A stretch of DNA of 64,000 nucleotides from an uncultured delta proteobacterium (GTDB taxonomy: Bacteria > Myxococcota > UBA727 > VGSZ01), in NCBI GenBank assembly GCA_963775425.1, contig CAVZJB010000003.1, forward strand, positions 480,001 to 544,000, in the 5' to 3' direction. Made by a program: the position numbers and the translations under genes. Below the pieces are notes generated by a model. That model did not search any database. It saw only the letters and a list, made by a program, of their open reading frames with translations, and was not told the origin of the DNA. Every line of letters starts with the position of its first letter. Within the stretch, counting starts at the first letter, position 1. Of this stretch, positions 9,826 through 19,213 are shown piece by piece.

Positions 9826-10959
9826 TCAGGCGTCGAGCGGATCGGACGACGGCGTGCGGCGGGCGGTGCGCTCGCGCTTCATGGACTCTGTGACGAACCC
9901 CATCAACTTGTCGACGTACGTATCAAAACGGGGACAGGCGATCCCGGTGCCGTCGAGCAGGGACAGCGTGCCGGCGCAGTTGTAGACGACGAACCGGTCG
10001 AGGGCCGAGAGCTGCGGCAGCTTCTTGGCCGAGAGCCTCTCGATGCCGGGGAGCCTGAGCACGCGCGCGGCGAAGCCGCCCACCAGCGACGACGACTTCG
10101 GCACCTTGCGGCCGGCGCGCTTGGCGATGAGGTCGTAGACGTGGCGCGCCGACAGCGGGCTCGGGTCGACGATGTGGAAGGTGCGGCCCGCGGCGCGCTT
10201 GTCGAGGGCCAGGCGGGCGACGGCGTTGGTGACGAAGTCGACGGGGACGAGGTTCAGCGGCGCCGAGCCCGGTCCCGGCAGGGGCAGGGGCACGGTGACG
10301 GGGGACGTGACGACGAGGATGGCGATGGCGTACACGCCGTCGAAGCGGTCGATGTCGCCGGTGTCGGTGCTGCCGACGATGATCGACGGCCGCACCACGG
10401 TCACCGGCAGATCCTTCATGGCGGCGCGGGCGAGCTTCTCACCGCGCATCTTGGACTCCTCATAGAAGGAGTGGAAGCGCTGCCCCTCGTCGAGCTCGTC
10501 CTCGGTGATGACGCCCTCGCGGTCGCCGGACACCAGGCACGTGGAGAAGTGCACGAAGCGCTCGAGCCGAGGCAGCTCCTTGGCGAGCGCGAGCATGTTG
10601 CGCGTGCCGCCGACGTTCACGGCCTCGAGCACGTGCGGCGGCGCGTCCACCCGCTGCACCGCGGCGAGGTGGAACACGTGGGTGACGTCGTCGAGCGCGG
10701 CGATCTCGAGGCCGGCGAGCCCGACGTCCATCTTGCTGACGTCGCCGACGGTGACGGTGACGCGCTTGGCGCGCTCCGGCGGCAGCGCCGCGCGATCCGA
10801 CTCGGCCTCGGCGCGGCGGCTCTCCTCGACGAGCACCGTGAAGCGCGTAGAGCGTGGCAGCTCCACGAACAGCCGCCGCAGCAACCTCTTGGAGAGGAAG
10901 CCCGGGTAGCCGCTCATGAGCACGTGCTTGGTGCGCTTGACCCCGTTCCCCTCGGCCAT
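9826..10959 (-). CDS. Extended SDR oxidoreductase (NAD_binding_4 / male-sterility-like)
   Basis: SGYPGFL, VFHLAA, VNVGGTRN, YEESK (YxxxK), RPSIIVG. Confidence 0.85.
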   Translation of the reverse strand: MAEGNGVKRTKHVLMSGYPGFLSKRLLRRLFVELPRSTRFTVLVEESRRAEAESDRAALPPERAKRVTVTVGDVSKMDVGLAGLEIAALDDVTHVFHLAAVQRVDAPPHVLEAVNVGGTRNMLALAKELPRLERFVHFSTCLVSGDREGVITEDELDEGQRFHSFYEESKMRGEKLARAAMKDLPVTVVRPSIIVGSTDTGDIDRFDGVYAIAILVVTSPVTVPLPLPGPGSAPLNLVPVDFVTNAVARLALDKRAAGRTFHIVDPSPLSARHVYDLIAKRAGRKVPKSSSLVGGFAARVLRLPGIERLSAKKLPQLSALDRFVVYNCAGTLSLLDGTGIACPRFDTYVDKLMGFVTESMKRERTARRTPSSDPLDA

Positions 10960-11092
10960 TCGCCCGCTTTAGCACGCCTGTGGCCGGCGTCGTCCCTGCC
11001 GGCGGCCTCCGTCGGCCGTCGCATGTCAGGGGGAATCTGCCTTGTGCGCCCCTTCGAGCTGTGCCATCGGCAGGCACCCTCGAGGAGCTTCC

Positions 11093-11992
11093 ATGACCCG
11101 CCTGTGGATTCTTTCCCTGTCCGTCTTCGTCGCCGCCGTTCCGGCGCTCGCCGACGATGCGACCAAGACCGACGACAAGCCCGCCGCCGCGCCCGCCGCG
11201 GACACGGCCGCCGCCGACAAGGCCGACGCCGACAAGGCCGACGCCGACAAGGCCGCCGCCGACAAGGCCGCCGCCGACAAGGCCGCCGCCGACAAGGCCG
11301 CCGCGGCGACCGACGACAAGGCGCCGGACGCCGCCGCCACCGAGGCGCCGGCGGCGGAGGCGCAGGGCTCTTTGTCCGTGAGCTCCACGCCCGCGGGCAA
11401 GGTCTTCGTCGACGGCACCGACACCGGCCTCAGCACCCCGGTCGTCGACCTCCCCGTCGCGCCCGGCAAGCACACCCTCAAGGTCGTGTCCTCCGACGGC
11501 CGCGAGCAGACCACCGACTTCGAGATCGAGGCGGGCGGCTCGCTCAACCTGAACCTCAACCTCCCCGAGGCCGCGCCCAAGACGGTCGACAAGCCCGTCG
11601 AGGAGAAGCCGGTCGAGGCGAAGCCCGCCGAGGAAAAGCCCGTGGCGACGCCCGAGCCCCCCGTCGCCGCTCCCGAGGCCGCCGCGCCCTGGACCTGGAT
11701 GACCGTCGCCGGCTGGACCGGGCTCGGCCTCGGCACCATCGGCCTGCTCTCGGGCGCCGTCGTGCTCACCACCCCCACCGACCCCGATCAGGGCCCGCTC
11801 GGCTTCGGCCTGTTCGGCGCCGGCGTCGGCCTCGTCATCGGCGGCGGCGTGCTGCTCTACCTCGACACCGAGCTGGCGGACGCCGGCGCCGCGGCCCCCG
11901 CCCCCGAGGCGGCCCCCGCCCCCGAGGCGGCCCCCGCCCCCGAGGCGGCCCCCGCCCCCGAGGCGGCCCCCGAGCCCGCCGCCGGCGGCTGA
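11093..11992 (+). CDS. PEGA-domain secreted/membrane protein with low-complexity repeats
   Basis: Signal peptide, GSLSVSSTPAGKVFVDG...TP...PGKHTL PEGA pattern, two C-terminal TM segments. Confidence 0.8.
   Translation: MTRLWILSLSVFVAAVPALADDATKTDDKPAAAPAADTAAADKADADKADADKAAADKAAADKAAADKAAAATDDKAPDAAATEAPAAEAQGSLSVSSTPAGKVFVDGTDTGLSTPVVDLPVAPGKHTLKVVSSDGREQTTDFEIEAGGSLNLNLNLPEAAPKTVDKPVEEKPVEAKPAEEKPVATPEPPVAAPEAAAPWTWMTVAGWTGLGLGTIGLLSGAVVLTTPTDPDQGPLGFGLFGAGVGLVIGGGVLLYLDTELADAGAAAPAPEAAPAPEAAPAPEAAPAPEAAPEPAAGG
11207..11305 (+). repeat. Coding 15-bp tandem repeat (ADKAA/ADKAD x6)
   Basis: gccgacaaggccg(a/c)c units. Confidence 0.85.
11891..11962 (+). repeat. Coding 18-bp tandem repeat (AAPAPE x4)
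   Basis: gcggcccccgcccccgag x4. Confidence 0.85.
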
Positions 11993-12087
11993 TCAGCGCG
12001 GCCGAGCCTCGCTCTCCCGGGCGCGTCCTCCTCACGGGGGCGCGCCCGTCTTCATTTCTGCACGGAGACTCCGCGCCGCAGGAGCGC

Positions 12088-12696
12088 TCAACGAGGGAGC
12101 GTCGTCCCCGTCAGCGCGCGCCACGCGTCGCGGAGCTGGGCCTCGGTGTCCGTGAGCGCGCCCGCGTTGTCGATGACCGCCGTGGCGCGCCGCCGCTTGT
12201 CGTCGAGGGGCATCTGGGCGGCGATGCGGGCGCGGGCGGCGGCGTCGTCGAGGCCGTCTCGCTCCCGCATCCGCCGCAGCTGCACCTCGATGGGCGCCGC
12301 CACGAGCAGGGTGGCGTCCATCATGGTCTCGAGGCCGTTTTCGAACAGGAGCGGCACCTCGTACACCGCCACCGGCGCTCCGGCCTGGCGGAGCGCGTCC
12401 AGGCGCTCCAGGGCGAGCACCGCCACCCGCGGATGGGTGATCGCGTTGAGGTCCCGCCGCGCGTCGTCGTCCGCGAAGACGATGGCGCCGAGCTTCTTGC
12501 GGTCGAGCGTGCCGTCGGGCGCGAGGACACCCGCGCCGAAGCGCGCGACGACGTCGGCGAGGCCCTGCGTGCCGGGCGCCACCGCGTCGCGGGCGAGCTG
12601 ATCCGCGTCGATGACCGGTACGCCGGCGCGCGCGAGCATCCTGCCGACGGCGCTCTTGCCGGAAGCGATCCCGCCGGTGAGGCCGATGAGCTTCAC
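12088..12696 (-). CDS. coaE: Dephospho-CoA kinase
   Basis: IGLTGGIASGKS, IDAD, LDRKKLG, ITHP, EVPLLFE, RIAAQMP. Confidence 0.95.
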   Translation of the reverse strand: MKLIGLTGGIASGKSAVGRMLARAGVPVIDADQLARDAVAPGTQGLADVVARFGAGVLAPDGTLDRKKLGAIVFADDDARRDLNAITHPRVAVLALERLDALRQAGAPVAVYEVPLLFENGLETMMDATLLVAAPIEVQLRRMRERDGLDDAAARARIAAQMPLDDKRRRATAVIDNAGALTDTEAQLRDAWRALTGTTLPR

Positions 12697-12743
12697 GCCG
12701 GAATGCGTAGCGCAATCGGCGCGTTCTTTGGTATCCGCCGCCC

Positions 12744-13205
12744 ATGCCCCGCATCGTCATGCTCGTTGCCGCCGCCGTCGTCGTCGCCCTCGCCTCCTCG
12801 CCGGGCGCGGCGACGCAAAAGGTCGTCGACCACGACTTCATCGGCGCCGACCGCTGCCGCGCCTGCCACGCCGAGGCGTACGCGCAGTGGGTGAAGACCC
12901 CGCACGCGCGCGCCTTCGAGGTGCTCACGCAAAAAGATCGGGCGGATCCGCGCTGCCTGTCGTGCCATACCATGGTCCCCGAGGACCTCGGCGCCGGCCT
13001 CACCGGGGTCCAGTGCGAGGCCTGCCACGGCGGCGGCCGTCACTATGCCGTCGACTACGTGATGCGTGACCCCGAGCTCCGCGGCATCCTCAATCTCCAG
13101 AAGGTCGATACCTCGACATGCACCCGCTGCCACACGGACTCGAGCCCGGCGCTGGCGCCCTTCGTGCTTTCGGACAAAATGCCCCTGATCAAGCACTGGA
13201 AGTGA
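12744..13205 (+). CDS. Periplasmic tetraheme cytochrome c (c554-like)
   Basis: Signal peptide; CRACH, CLSCH, CEACH, CTRCH. Confidence 0.9.
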   Translation: MPRIVMLVAAAVVVALASSPGAATQKVVDHDFIGADRCRACHAEAYAQWVKTPHARAFEVLTQKDRADPRCLSCHTMVPEDLGAGLTGVQCEACHGGGRHYAVDYVMRDPELRGILNLQKVDTSTCTRCHTDSSPALAPFVLSDKMPLIKHWK

Positions 13206-14728
13206 ATGGTAGGATCGGCGCCGTGACATCAGTCTCCCTCGACGGACGCGCTCTCGACCCCGAAGGCATCGACGACGCCACCGGTGTCGCCGGCAGCGCG
13301 TTCGAGCGCTTCTATGCGAACGCGTGGCGTGCCTTCATCTCGCTGAAGGTCACGCTCACCACCCTCATCATCATCCTCGTCGCGTGCTTCTCGGGGATGT
13401 TCTTCGACCAGACCCTCACCTACGAGGAGCACGCCGCGCAGTGGGCGACGGCGGAGTGGAAGCTCAAGCTCTACACCTTCCTCGAGCTCAACGACGTCTT
13501 CGGCTCCTGGTGGTTCGGGCTCATCATCTGCGTTCTCCTCGTCAACCTCATCGCGTGCTCCATCGAGCGCCTGCCCAAGATCTGGATCGACATCAAGAAC
13601 CCGCGGCGCGCGCTCGCCGACGACCAGCTCCGCGGCATCAAGCACACCTACAAGGCCGTCATCGACGACCCGAACAAGGCCCAGGACGTCGTCGACGCCG
13701 TCTTCGGAAAGAAGATCCATCGCTCCGAGGACAACGGGAAGCGCTTCCAGTTCTTCGAGCGCCACAAGTTCGCGCGTTGTGGCGTGTACATCGTGCACAC
13801 GGGCCTCGTCATCATCATGACCGGCGGCATCGTCAACGGTTGGACCAAGCTCGACGGCATCATGATGGTCACGGAGGGCAGCAGCGGGCGCTACGTGCGC
13901 CTCAAGGGCCCGGGCAACCTGCCGTACACCTACGACCTCGGCTTCGAGGTGCGCTGCGACGACTTCCGCCTGAAGACCTTCGTCGACGGCGCGCCCATGG
14001 AGTTCGAGAGCGACCTGTCGGTGTGGGATCCCAACAGCCCGGTGAACCCGGTGCTCACGAAGACCATCCAGGTGAACGACCCTTTGCAGTACAAGGGCTA
14101 CACCTTCTATCAGGCTTCCTATAACCCCATTCCTGGCGATCATCGCGTCCAACTCGATATCGGCGCGCGTGGTCAGGAGCGAAAGACCTATACGCTCTCC
14201 ATCGGCGAGAGCCTGAAGATGAAGGACGGCTACTCGTTCACGCCCGTCGAGGTCATCCCCGAATTCGCGGGCCTCGGCGCGGCCGTGCGGGTGCAGGAGA
14301 CGGACCCCAAGGGTGCCCAGACGTCCTACGTCGTGTTCCGCGAGTACCCCGAGTTCGATCGCGAGGTGCGCCGCGGCGCGTATGATGTGGAGTTCCGCGG
14401 CGACGACCAGCAGTACGCCACGGGCCTCCAGGTCGGCCATGTGCCCTGGGTGCCGGTGATCTTCTTCGGGTTCATCGTGATGTTCTTCGGCATGTTCATG
14501 GCCTTCTTCATGAGCCACCGCCGCTATTGGTCTCGCATCGTCCCGCGGGAGGACGGCAAGTATGACCTCATCGTGGCCGGTGCCGCCCGCCGCCACCAGT
14601 ACGCTTTCGCTGAAGAGTTCGAAAAGATCCGCGCTGTGCTCGTCGCCGCATTCGGCGAGGGCGAGTCCACCAAAGACCGCGCGCGCGCCCTCCGCGACAA
14701 AAGGCGCGCCGCAAAGACCCCTGGCTGA
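13202..14728 (+). CDS. resB: Cytochrome c biogenesis protein ResB/CcsB (system II)
   Basis: DVFGSWWF...NLIACS, YIVHTG, VNDPLQYKGYTFYQASY, C-terminal TM; start 13202 or 13223. Confidence 0.9.
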   Translation: MNGRIGAVTSVSLDGRALDPEGIDDATGVAGSAFERFYANAWRAFISLKVTLTTLIIILVACFSGMFFDQTLTYEEHAAQWATAEWKLKLYTFLELNDVFGSWWFGLIICVLLVNLIACSIERLPKIWIDIKNPRRALADDQLRGIKHTYKAVIDDPNKAQDVVDAVFGKKIHRSEDNGKRFQFFERHKFARCGVYIVHTGLVIIMTGGIVNGWTKLDGIMMVTEGSSGRYVRLKGPGNLPYTYDLGFEVRCDDFRLKTFVDGAPMEFESDLSVWDPNSPVNPVLTKTIQVNDPLQYKGYTFYQASYNPIPGDHRVQLDIGARGQERKTYTLSIGESLKMKDGYSFTPVEVIPEFAGLGAAVRVQETDPKGAQTSYVVFREYPEFDREVRRGAYDVEFRGDDQQYATGLQVGHVPWVPVIFFGFIVMFFGMFMAFFMSHRRYWSRIVPREDGKYDLIVAGAARRHQYAFAEEFEKIRAVLVAAFGEGESTKDRARALRDKRRAAKTPG

Positions 14729-14740
14729 CGTGAGGTGAGC

Positions 14741-16156
14741 ATGTCCTCGACGTTTTTCTACAACCTGTGCGTCATCGGCTATGCGCTCGGGCTCTTCATC
14801 TACATCGCCAATCTGGCCTTCAAGAAGGCCAAGGTGCGGCGCGCAGCCACTTTGGTCGTGGCCACCTCGTTCCTCATGCAGGTGGTCGGCATGGTGTTCC
14901 GCTGGCACGAGGCCGGCCTCGTCGAGATCGAGGCCGCCGAGCGGGCCACGGGGCTCACGCTGCACGGCGCCCAGCGCTTCGTCGTGTATACCCAGCACCC
15001 GCCCTGGTCCAACCTCTATGAGATCATGGTCTACATGGCTTGGGGTGTTGTTTTCGTCTACTTGATCAGCGAGGTGAAGTTCCGCATCCGGATGGCCGGC
15101 ATCTTCGCCCTCACGCTGGCGCTCACCTCGCTCGGCCTCGCGTCGCTCACCACCGACGCCACCATCAAGCCGCTCGTCCCCGCGCTGCAGTCGTGGTGGA
15201 TCATGATCCACGTGATCTCGTCGGCCATCGGCTACGCCTGCGGCACCATGGGCGCCATCGCCTCGCTGCTGTACCTGATGAAGGCCAAGGAGCGGGTGAC
15301 GATGTCCGCGATGGGCGCAGGCACGCTCGCGGTCAGCGTCGTGCTCTTCGGCATCCTCGGCCGCGGCTACCAGTTGTTCACCACCGGCGTGTACCGCGTG
15401 AAGCTGCTGCGCGAGATGAACGGCGAATTCATCCCCGCGGGCCGCATGGCCGGCGACAAGTTCCAGCCGTACTACGTGCCGTCGCCAGGCGTCGGCATCC
15501 TGATGATCGCGAGCGTGGTCCTCGCCATCGTCGCCTTCGTGTTGCTGGTGCGCGCGCGCAAGACCCAGGACGCGCCACGGGGCTTGCCGTTTTTCGCGTA
15601 CCTGCTCGCGTTCGGCGCCACCACCGCCACCATCGGCCTCATCCTCGTCAACGCGTTTACGCAGACCGACTACCAGGTGGCGCAGGACATCGCGCCCACG
15701 CTGATGCCGCCAGGCCCGTGGCGCCTGGCCATTCAGAGCGCGCAATGGGACCTGGCGCTCTTCGGCATCATCTGGGGCGCACAGTTCTTCGCCGCCCTCG
15801 GCATGGCGTTCCCCGAGAAGCTGCGCGGCTTGTTGCCCGACGCCTCCCGGCTCGATCGCGCCGCCTACTACACCATCCTCGTCGCCTTCGCCCTCGTCGC
15901 CGTCGTGCTCGTCACCGGCGCGCTGTGGGCGCACTACGCCTGGGGCCGTTACTGGGGCTGGGATCCCAAGGAGACGGGCGCGCTCGTCATCTGGATCACG
16001 TATGCGCTGTACCTGCACGCCCGCGTGACCTACGGCTGGGTCGGTGTACCCTCCGCCCTCATCGGCGTACTCGGCTTCTTCATCATCCTCGCGGGCTTCC
16101 TCGGGGTGAACCTCGGGTGGTTCGCGAATGGCCTCCACTCCTACGGCTCCTCGTGA
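14741..16156 (+). CDS. ccsA: Cytochrome c biogenesis protein CcsA/ResC
   Basis: PWSNLYE, PALQSWWIMIHV, WAHYAWGRYWGWDPKE (WWD), YLHAR, GLHSY. Confidence 0.92.
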   Translation: MSSTFFYNLCVIGYALGLFIYIANLAFKKAKVRRAATLVVATSFLMQVVGMVFRWHEAGLVEIEAAERATGLTLHGAQRFVVYTQHPPWSNLYEIMVYMAWGVVFVYLISEVKFRIRMAGIFALTLALTSLGLASLTTDATIKPLVPALQSWWIMIHVISSAIGYACGTMGAIASLLYLMKAKERVTMSAMGAGTLAVSVVLFGILGRGYQLFTTGVYRVKLLREMNGEFIPAGRMAGDKFQPYYVPSPGVGILMIASVVLAIVAFVLLVRARKTQDAPRGLPFFAYLLAFGATTATIGLILVNAFTQTDYQVAQDIAPTLMPPGPWRLAIQSAQWDLALFGIIWGAQFFAALGMAFPEKLRGLLPDASRLDRAAYYTILVAFALVAVVLVTGALWAHYAWGRYWGWDPKETGALVIWITYALYLHARVTYGWVGVPSALIGVLGFFIILAGFLGVNLGWFANGLHSYGSS

Positions 16157-16799
16157 CGAGGCCCCCTCCGGGGGCCCGCGCCTCCGCGTCCTCGACGTCG
16201 CCTATCTGAAATCGGGCCCGAGCTGCGCGGCCCTCGGTCCGGCCCTCGCCCCCGAGGTCGCGTTCATCGGGCGCAGCAACGTCGGGAAGTCGTCGCTGTT
16301 GAACGCGCTGACGCGCACCACCCTGGTGCGCACGTCGAAGACGCCGGGGCAGACCCGCAGCGTGAACCTCTTTTCGGCCACGCTCGCCCGTGTGAGCCGC
16401 TCGGGAGAGCTGTCGGAGCGGCGCAAGCTCGTCCTCGCGGACCTGCCCGGGTACGGCTTCGCCAAGACCTCCAAGGACGAGCGGGCCCGGCTGTCGCGGC
16501 TGTTGTCGCACTACCTCGGGGAGCGCGAGGGGCTCAGCGCGGTGGTGCACCTCGTGGACGCGCGCCACGCCCCGTCCGCCCAGGACCTCGAGGTCTTCCA
16601 GGAGGTCGCGTCGCTCGACGTCCTTCACATCGTCGTGGCCACCAAGGCGGACAAGCTCCGGACGCAGGAGAAGAAGCGCGCGCTGTCGGCGGTGGCCAAG
16701 CCGCTCGGGATCGCGCCGTCGGCGGCGCTCTTGTTCTCGTCGGAGACCGGCCTCGGCCGCGACGCGCTCCTCGTGAAGCTGTGGGATCGCCTCGCGTGA
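16128..16799 (+). CDS. engB: Ribosome biogenesis GTPase YihA/YsxC
   Basis: EVAFIGRSNVGKSS, TSKTPGQT, DLPGYG, TKADK. Confidence 0.93.
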   Translation: MASTPTAPRDEAPSGGPRLRVLDVAYLKSGPSCAALGPALAPEVAFIGRSNVGKSSLLNALTRTTLVRTSKTPGQTRSVNLFSATLARVSRSGELSERRKLVLADLPGYGFAKTSKDERARLSRLLSHYLGEREGLSAVVHLVDARHAPSAQDLEVFQEVASLDVLHIVVATKADKLRTQEKKRALSAVAKPLGIAPSAALLFSSETGLGRDALLVKLWDRLA

Positions 16800-17860
16800 C
16801 GCGCCCCCGTGGTCCTCCGCGGGCGCCCGGCGCGCCGCCCGCCCCCGGTGCCGCGCCGCGGGCCGAGGGGCGCGGCCCGCCGTCTCGCACCGGCGCCGCC
16901 AACGGTGACGCCGACATGCTGCGCGCCCCCAACTCGACGTTGTCGTTCCTGCGGGGGCGTGGCGCGGGCGTGTGGCGTGCGTCGCGCATCGGCGACGCGG
17001 CGCGCACCGGCGACGACGCTTGCGTCCTCGGGTCGTGGTGCTCGGGCCGACGCGCCGACGGCAGCGTGGGCGGCGTCGGCGCGCGCCGCGGGGGCGCCCG
17101 TGCGCGCGGCCGCTTCTGCGGCGCCCCGAGTCCGCCCGCCGCGGGGCGGCCGCACCGCGCGGCGCTCGCCGATGCGGGCGCCCGCCAGCTCGCGCGACCG
17201 CTCGCCGAGGCGCCCGCGCGCCTGCCGCCCCGCCGCGGCCGGCCGCGCCTCGTGGCACTCGCCGTGGTCGCGCTCGCCTGCGCCGGCGCCGCCGCCGAGG
17301 AAGCCGCGCGCGTCCCCGTCGACGCCGTCGCCGCCGTCATCGAGCGCCGCGTCGTCACGCGCTCGGAGATCGAGGCCGAGGCGCGCCTGGTGCTGCTCGA
17401 GCGCGCCGGGCCGGAGGCGGCGTCGGGTGTGCTCGACAGGCAGCTCCTCGGCGCCGTCCTCGACTCCGTCGTCGCCCAGGAGCTCCTCGCGCTCGAGGCC
17501 CGTCGCACCGGCGTCGCCGTGCGCGAGATCGACATCGACAAGACCGTCGGCGACGTCCGCGCCCACGTCGGCGACGCCGCCGCCGCGCGCGCGTTCCTCC
17601 AACGCTTCGGCATCGACGACGAGCTGCTGCGCGCGCGCGCGCGCCGCGACCTTGCCGCCGGAGCGCTCCTGCGCAAGCTCTTCTCCGACATCAAGGTCTC
17701 CGACGCCGAGGCCGACGCCTGGCGCAGCAATCACAAGGAGCTCCCCGATCGCGCCGCGGCGCGCCTCGCGCTGGAGAAGCAGAGGAAGGACGCCCGCTTC
17801 GCGTCCGTGATGCACAGGCTCAAGAGCGAGGTCGAGGTGCGCGTGGTGTGGCACCCGTGA
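16781..17860 (+). CDS. SurA N-terminal-like periplasmic chaperone protein (true start uncertain, probably near 17200)
   Basis: Hydrophobic leader then VDAVAAVIERRVVTRSEI...QELLALEARRTG, C-terminal LKSEVEVR; first ~150 codons look non-coding. Confidence 0.55.
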   Translation: MGSPRVTRPRGPPRAPGAPPAPGAAPRAEGRGPPSRTGAANGDADMLRAPNSTLSFLRGRGAGVWRASRIGDAARTGDDACVLGSWCSGRRADGSVGGVGARRGGARARGRFCGAPSPPAAGRPHRAALADAGARQLARPLAEAPARLPPRRGRPRLVALAVVALACAGAAAEEAARVPVDAVAAVIERRVVTRSEIEAEARLVLLERAGPEAASGVLDRQLLGAVLDSVVAQELLALEARRTGVAVREIDIDKTVGDVRAHVGDAAAARAFLQRFGIDDELLRARARRDLAAGALLRKLFSDIKVSDAEADAWRSNHKELPDRAAARLALEKQRKDARFASVMHRLKSEVEVRVVWHP

Positions 17861-18309
17861 TCCGTGGGCTCAACGTCGACGACCTCTTCGCGCTCGAGGC
17901 CCTCGAGGCGCGCGCGCAGCCGCTGCCGTGGAGCGACGACCAGCTCCTGCTCGAGCTCGTCAACGACGACGCCCTCGTCCTCGGGCTGTTCGATCCCGTC
18001 GACGGCCTCGTGGCCCACCTGTGCCTGCGCAAGATGGTGGACGAGATGTGGATCATGAACCTCGCCGTGGACCCTGCGCACCGCCGCCGGGGCCTCGCGC
18101 GCCAGCTCATGCGCGAGGCGCAGGTGCGCGCCCGCGAGCAGCAGTGCGCGACGGTCTGGCTCGAGGTCCGCGAGGGCAACGCGCCCGCCCGCGCGCTCTA
18201 CACGGCGCTCGGGTACGACGAGAAGGGCCGCCGCACGGGCTACTACCCGCCCATCCCGCCCTCGACGGAGCGGGAGACCGCCGTGCTCATGGCGCGGTCG
18301 GCGGCGTGA
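17857..18309 (+). CDS. rimI: Ribosomal-protein-alanine N-acetyltransferase (GNAT)
   Basis: PWS, NLAVDPAHRRRGLA, LEVREGNAPARALY..LG...GRRTGYY; GTGA overlap. Confidence 0.88.
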   Translation: MIRGLNVDDLFALEALEARAQPLPWSDDQLLLELVNDDALVLGLFDPVDGLVAHLCLRKMVDEMWIMNLAVDPAHRRRGLARQLMREAQVRAREQQCATVWLEVREGNAPARALYTALGYDEKGRRTGYYPPIPPSTERETAVLMARSAA

Positions 18310-19213
18310 CGGACAGGAGCGGCACGCACGCGGGCGGCACCGCCGTCGGCCCACCCATGAACGTGCAGGAGACGACCACGTCCTCGCCGTCGGCGACGCC
18401 GGTGCCGACGTAGACGTGTCCCTCGCGCCCGTCCTTGCTGCGGGCGCGCCCGTGGCGGCACGTCGTCTCGCTCGCCCCGACACGGCACGGGCTCGTCCCG
18501 AGATCGGCCGTGTCGAGGCCGATCTTCTTCCAGGGCGTGAGCGAGCCCACGAGGAGGCCGTCGCGCAGGAGCGCGGCGCCGGCCGCATCGAGCTTGGCCG
18601 CGACGTGGGTGACGACGAACGCGGCCTGTCCGTTGTCGCACCCGGCGGCGACGCTCCCCGCCGCCGGCGTGGGCGCCCAGTGGCACTCCTTCGGCAACAC
18701 GATCCGTCGCGCGGCCGCCGGCGGCGCCATCGGCTTGTCCGGCCCGAGGGCGAGCGCGCGCCGCACCCCTGCACGGCCCGCGTCGAGCGCGCGCACGAGC
18801 AAGGCGGGGCATTGGCGATCGACGGCCGCGCGGCGACGCTCGGGCCCGCCGCACATCGCCACCACTGTGTCGGTCCCGACGACGTCGAGCTCGCCGTCGG
18901 CGGTCGTGACGCCGAAGCCGTCGAGCCGGCGCCCGTCCGCGAGCGCCACGGTCCTCGCCCGCGGTGGCTGTACGTGGCCCACGTACGCCGCCGCCGTGCC
19001 GGTGGCCGCCGCGCGCAGGGCTTGGTCCCGGTCCGCGCCTTGCGGCACGTCGTGGACGGAGAGGAGCGCGTCGCCGCAGCGCAGGACCAGCGCGCCGGTG
19101 ACGTCTGCGAGGACCCGGCAGTGTTCGAAGCCGGTGGCAGCGGGCTCCCTCGCCACGGCCGGGCCACAGACCACAAGAAGCACCGCGCCGAGCCGCGCCG
19201 CGCGGGGGGTCAC
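18287..19213 (-). CDS. Hypothetical secreted Cys-containing protein
   Basis: GTG 19213 overlapping upstream stop, signal-like LGAVLLVVCG, paired cysteines. Confidence 0.55.
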   Translation of the reverse strand: MTPRAARLGAVLLVVCGPAVAREPAATGFEHCRVLADVTGALVLRCGDALLSVHDVPQGADRDQALRAAATGTAAAYVGHVQPPRARTVALADGRRLDGFGVTTADGELDVVGTDTVVAMCGGPERRRAAVDRQCPALLVRALDAGRAGVRRALALGPDKPMAPPAAARRIVLPKECHWAPTPAAGSVAAGCDNGQAAFVVTHVAAKLDAAGAALLRDGLLVGSLTPWKKIGLDTADLGTSPCRVGASETTCRHGRARSKDGREGHVYVGTGVADGEDVVVSCTFMGGPTAVPPACVPLLSVTPPTAP

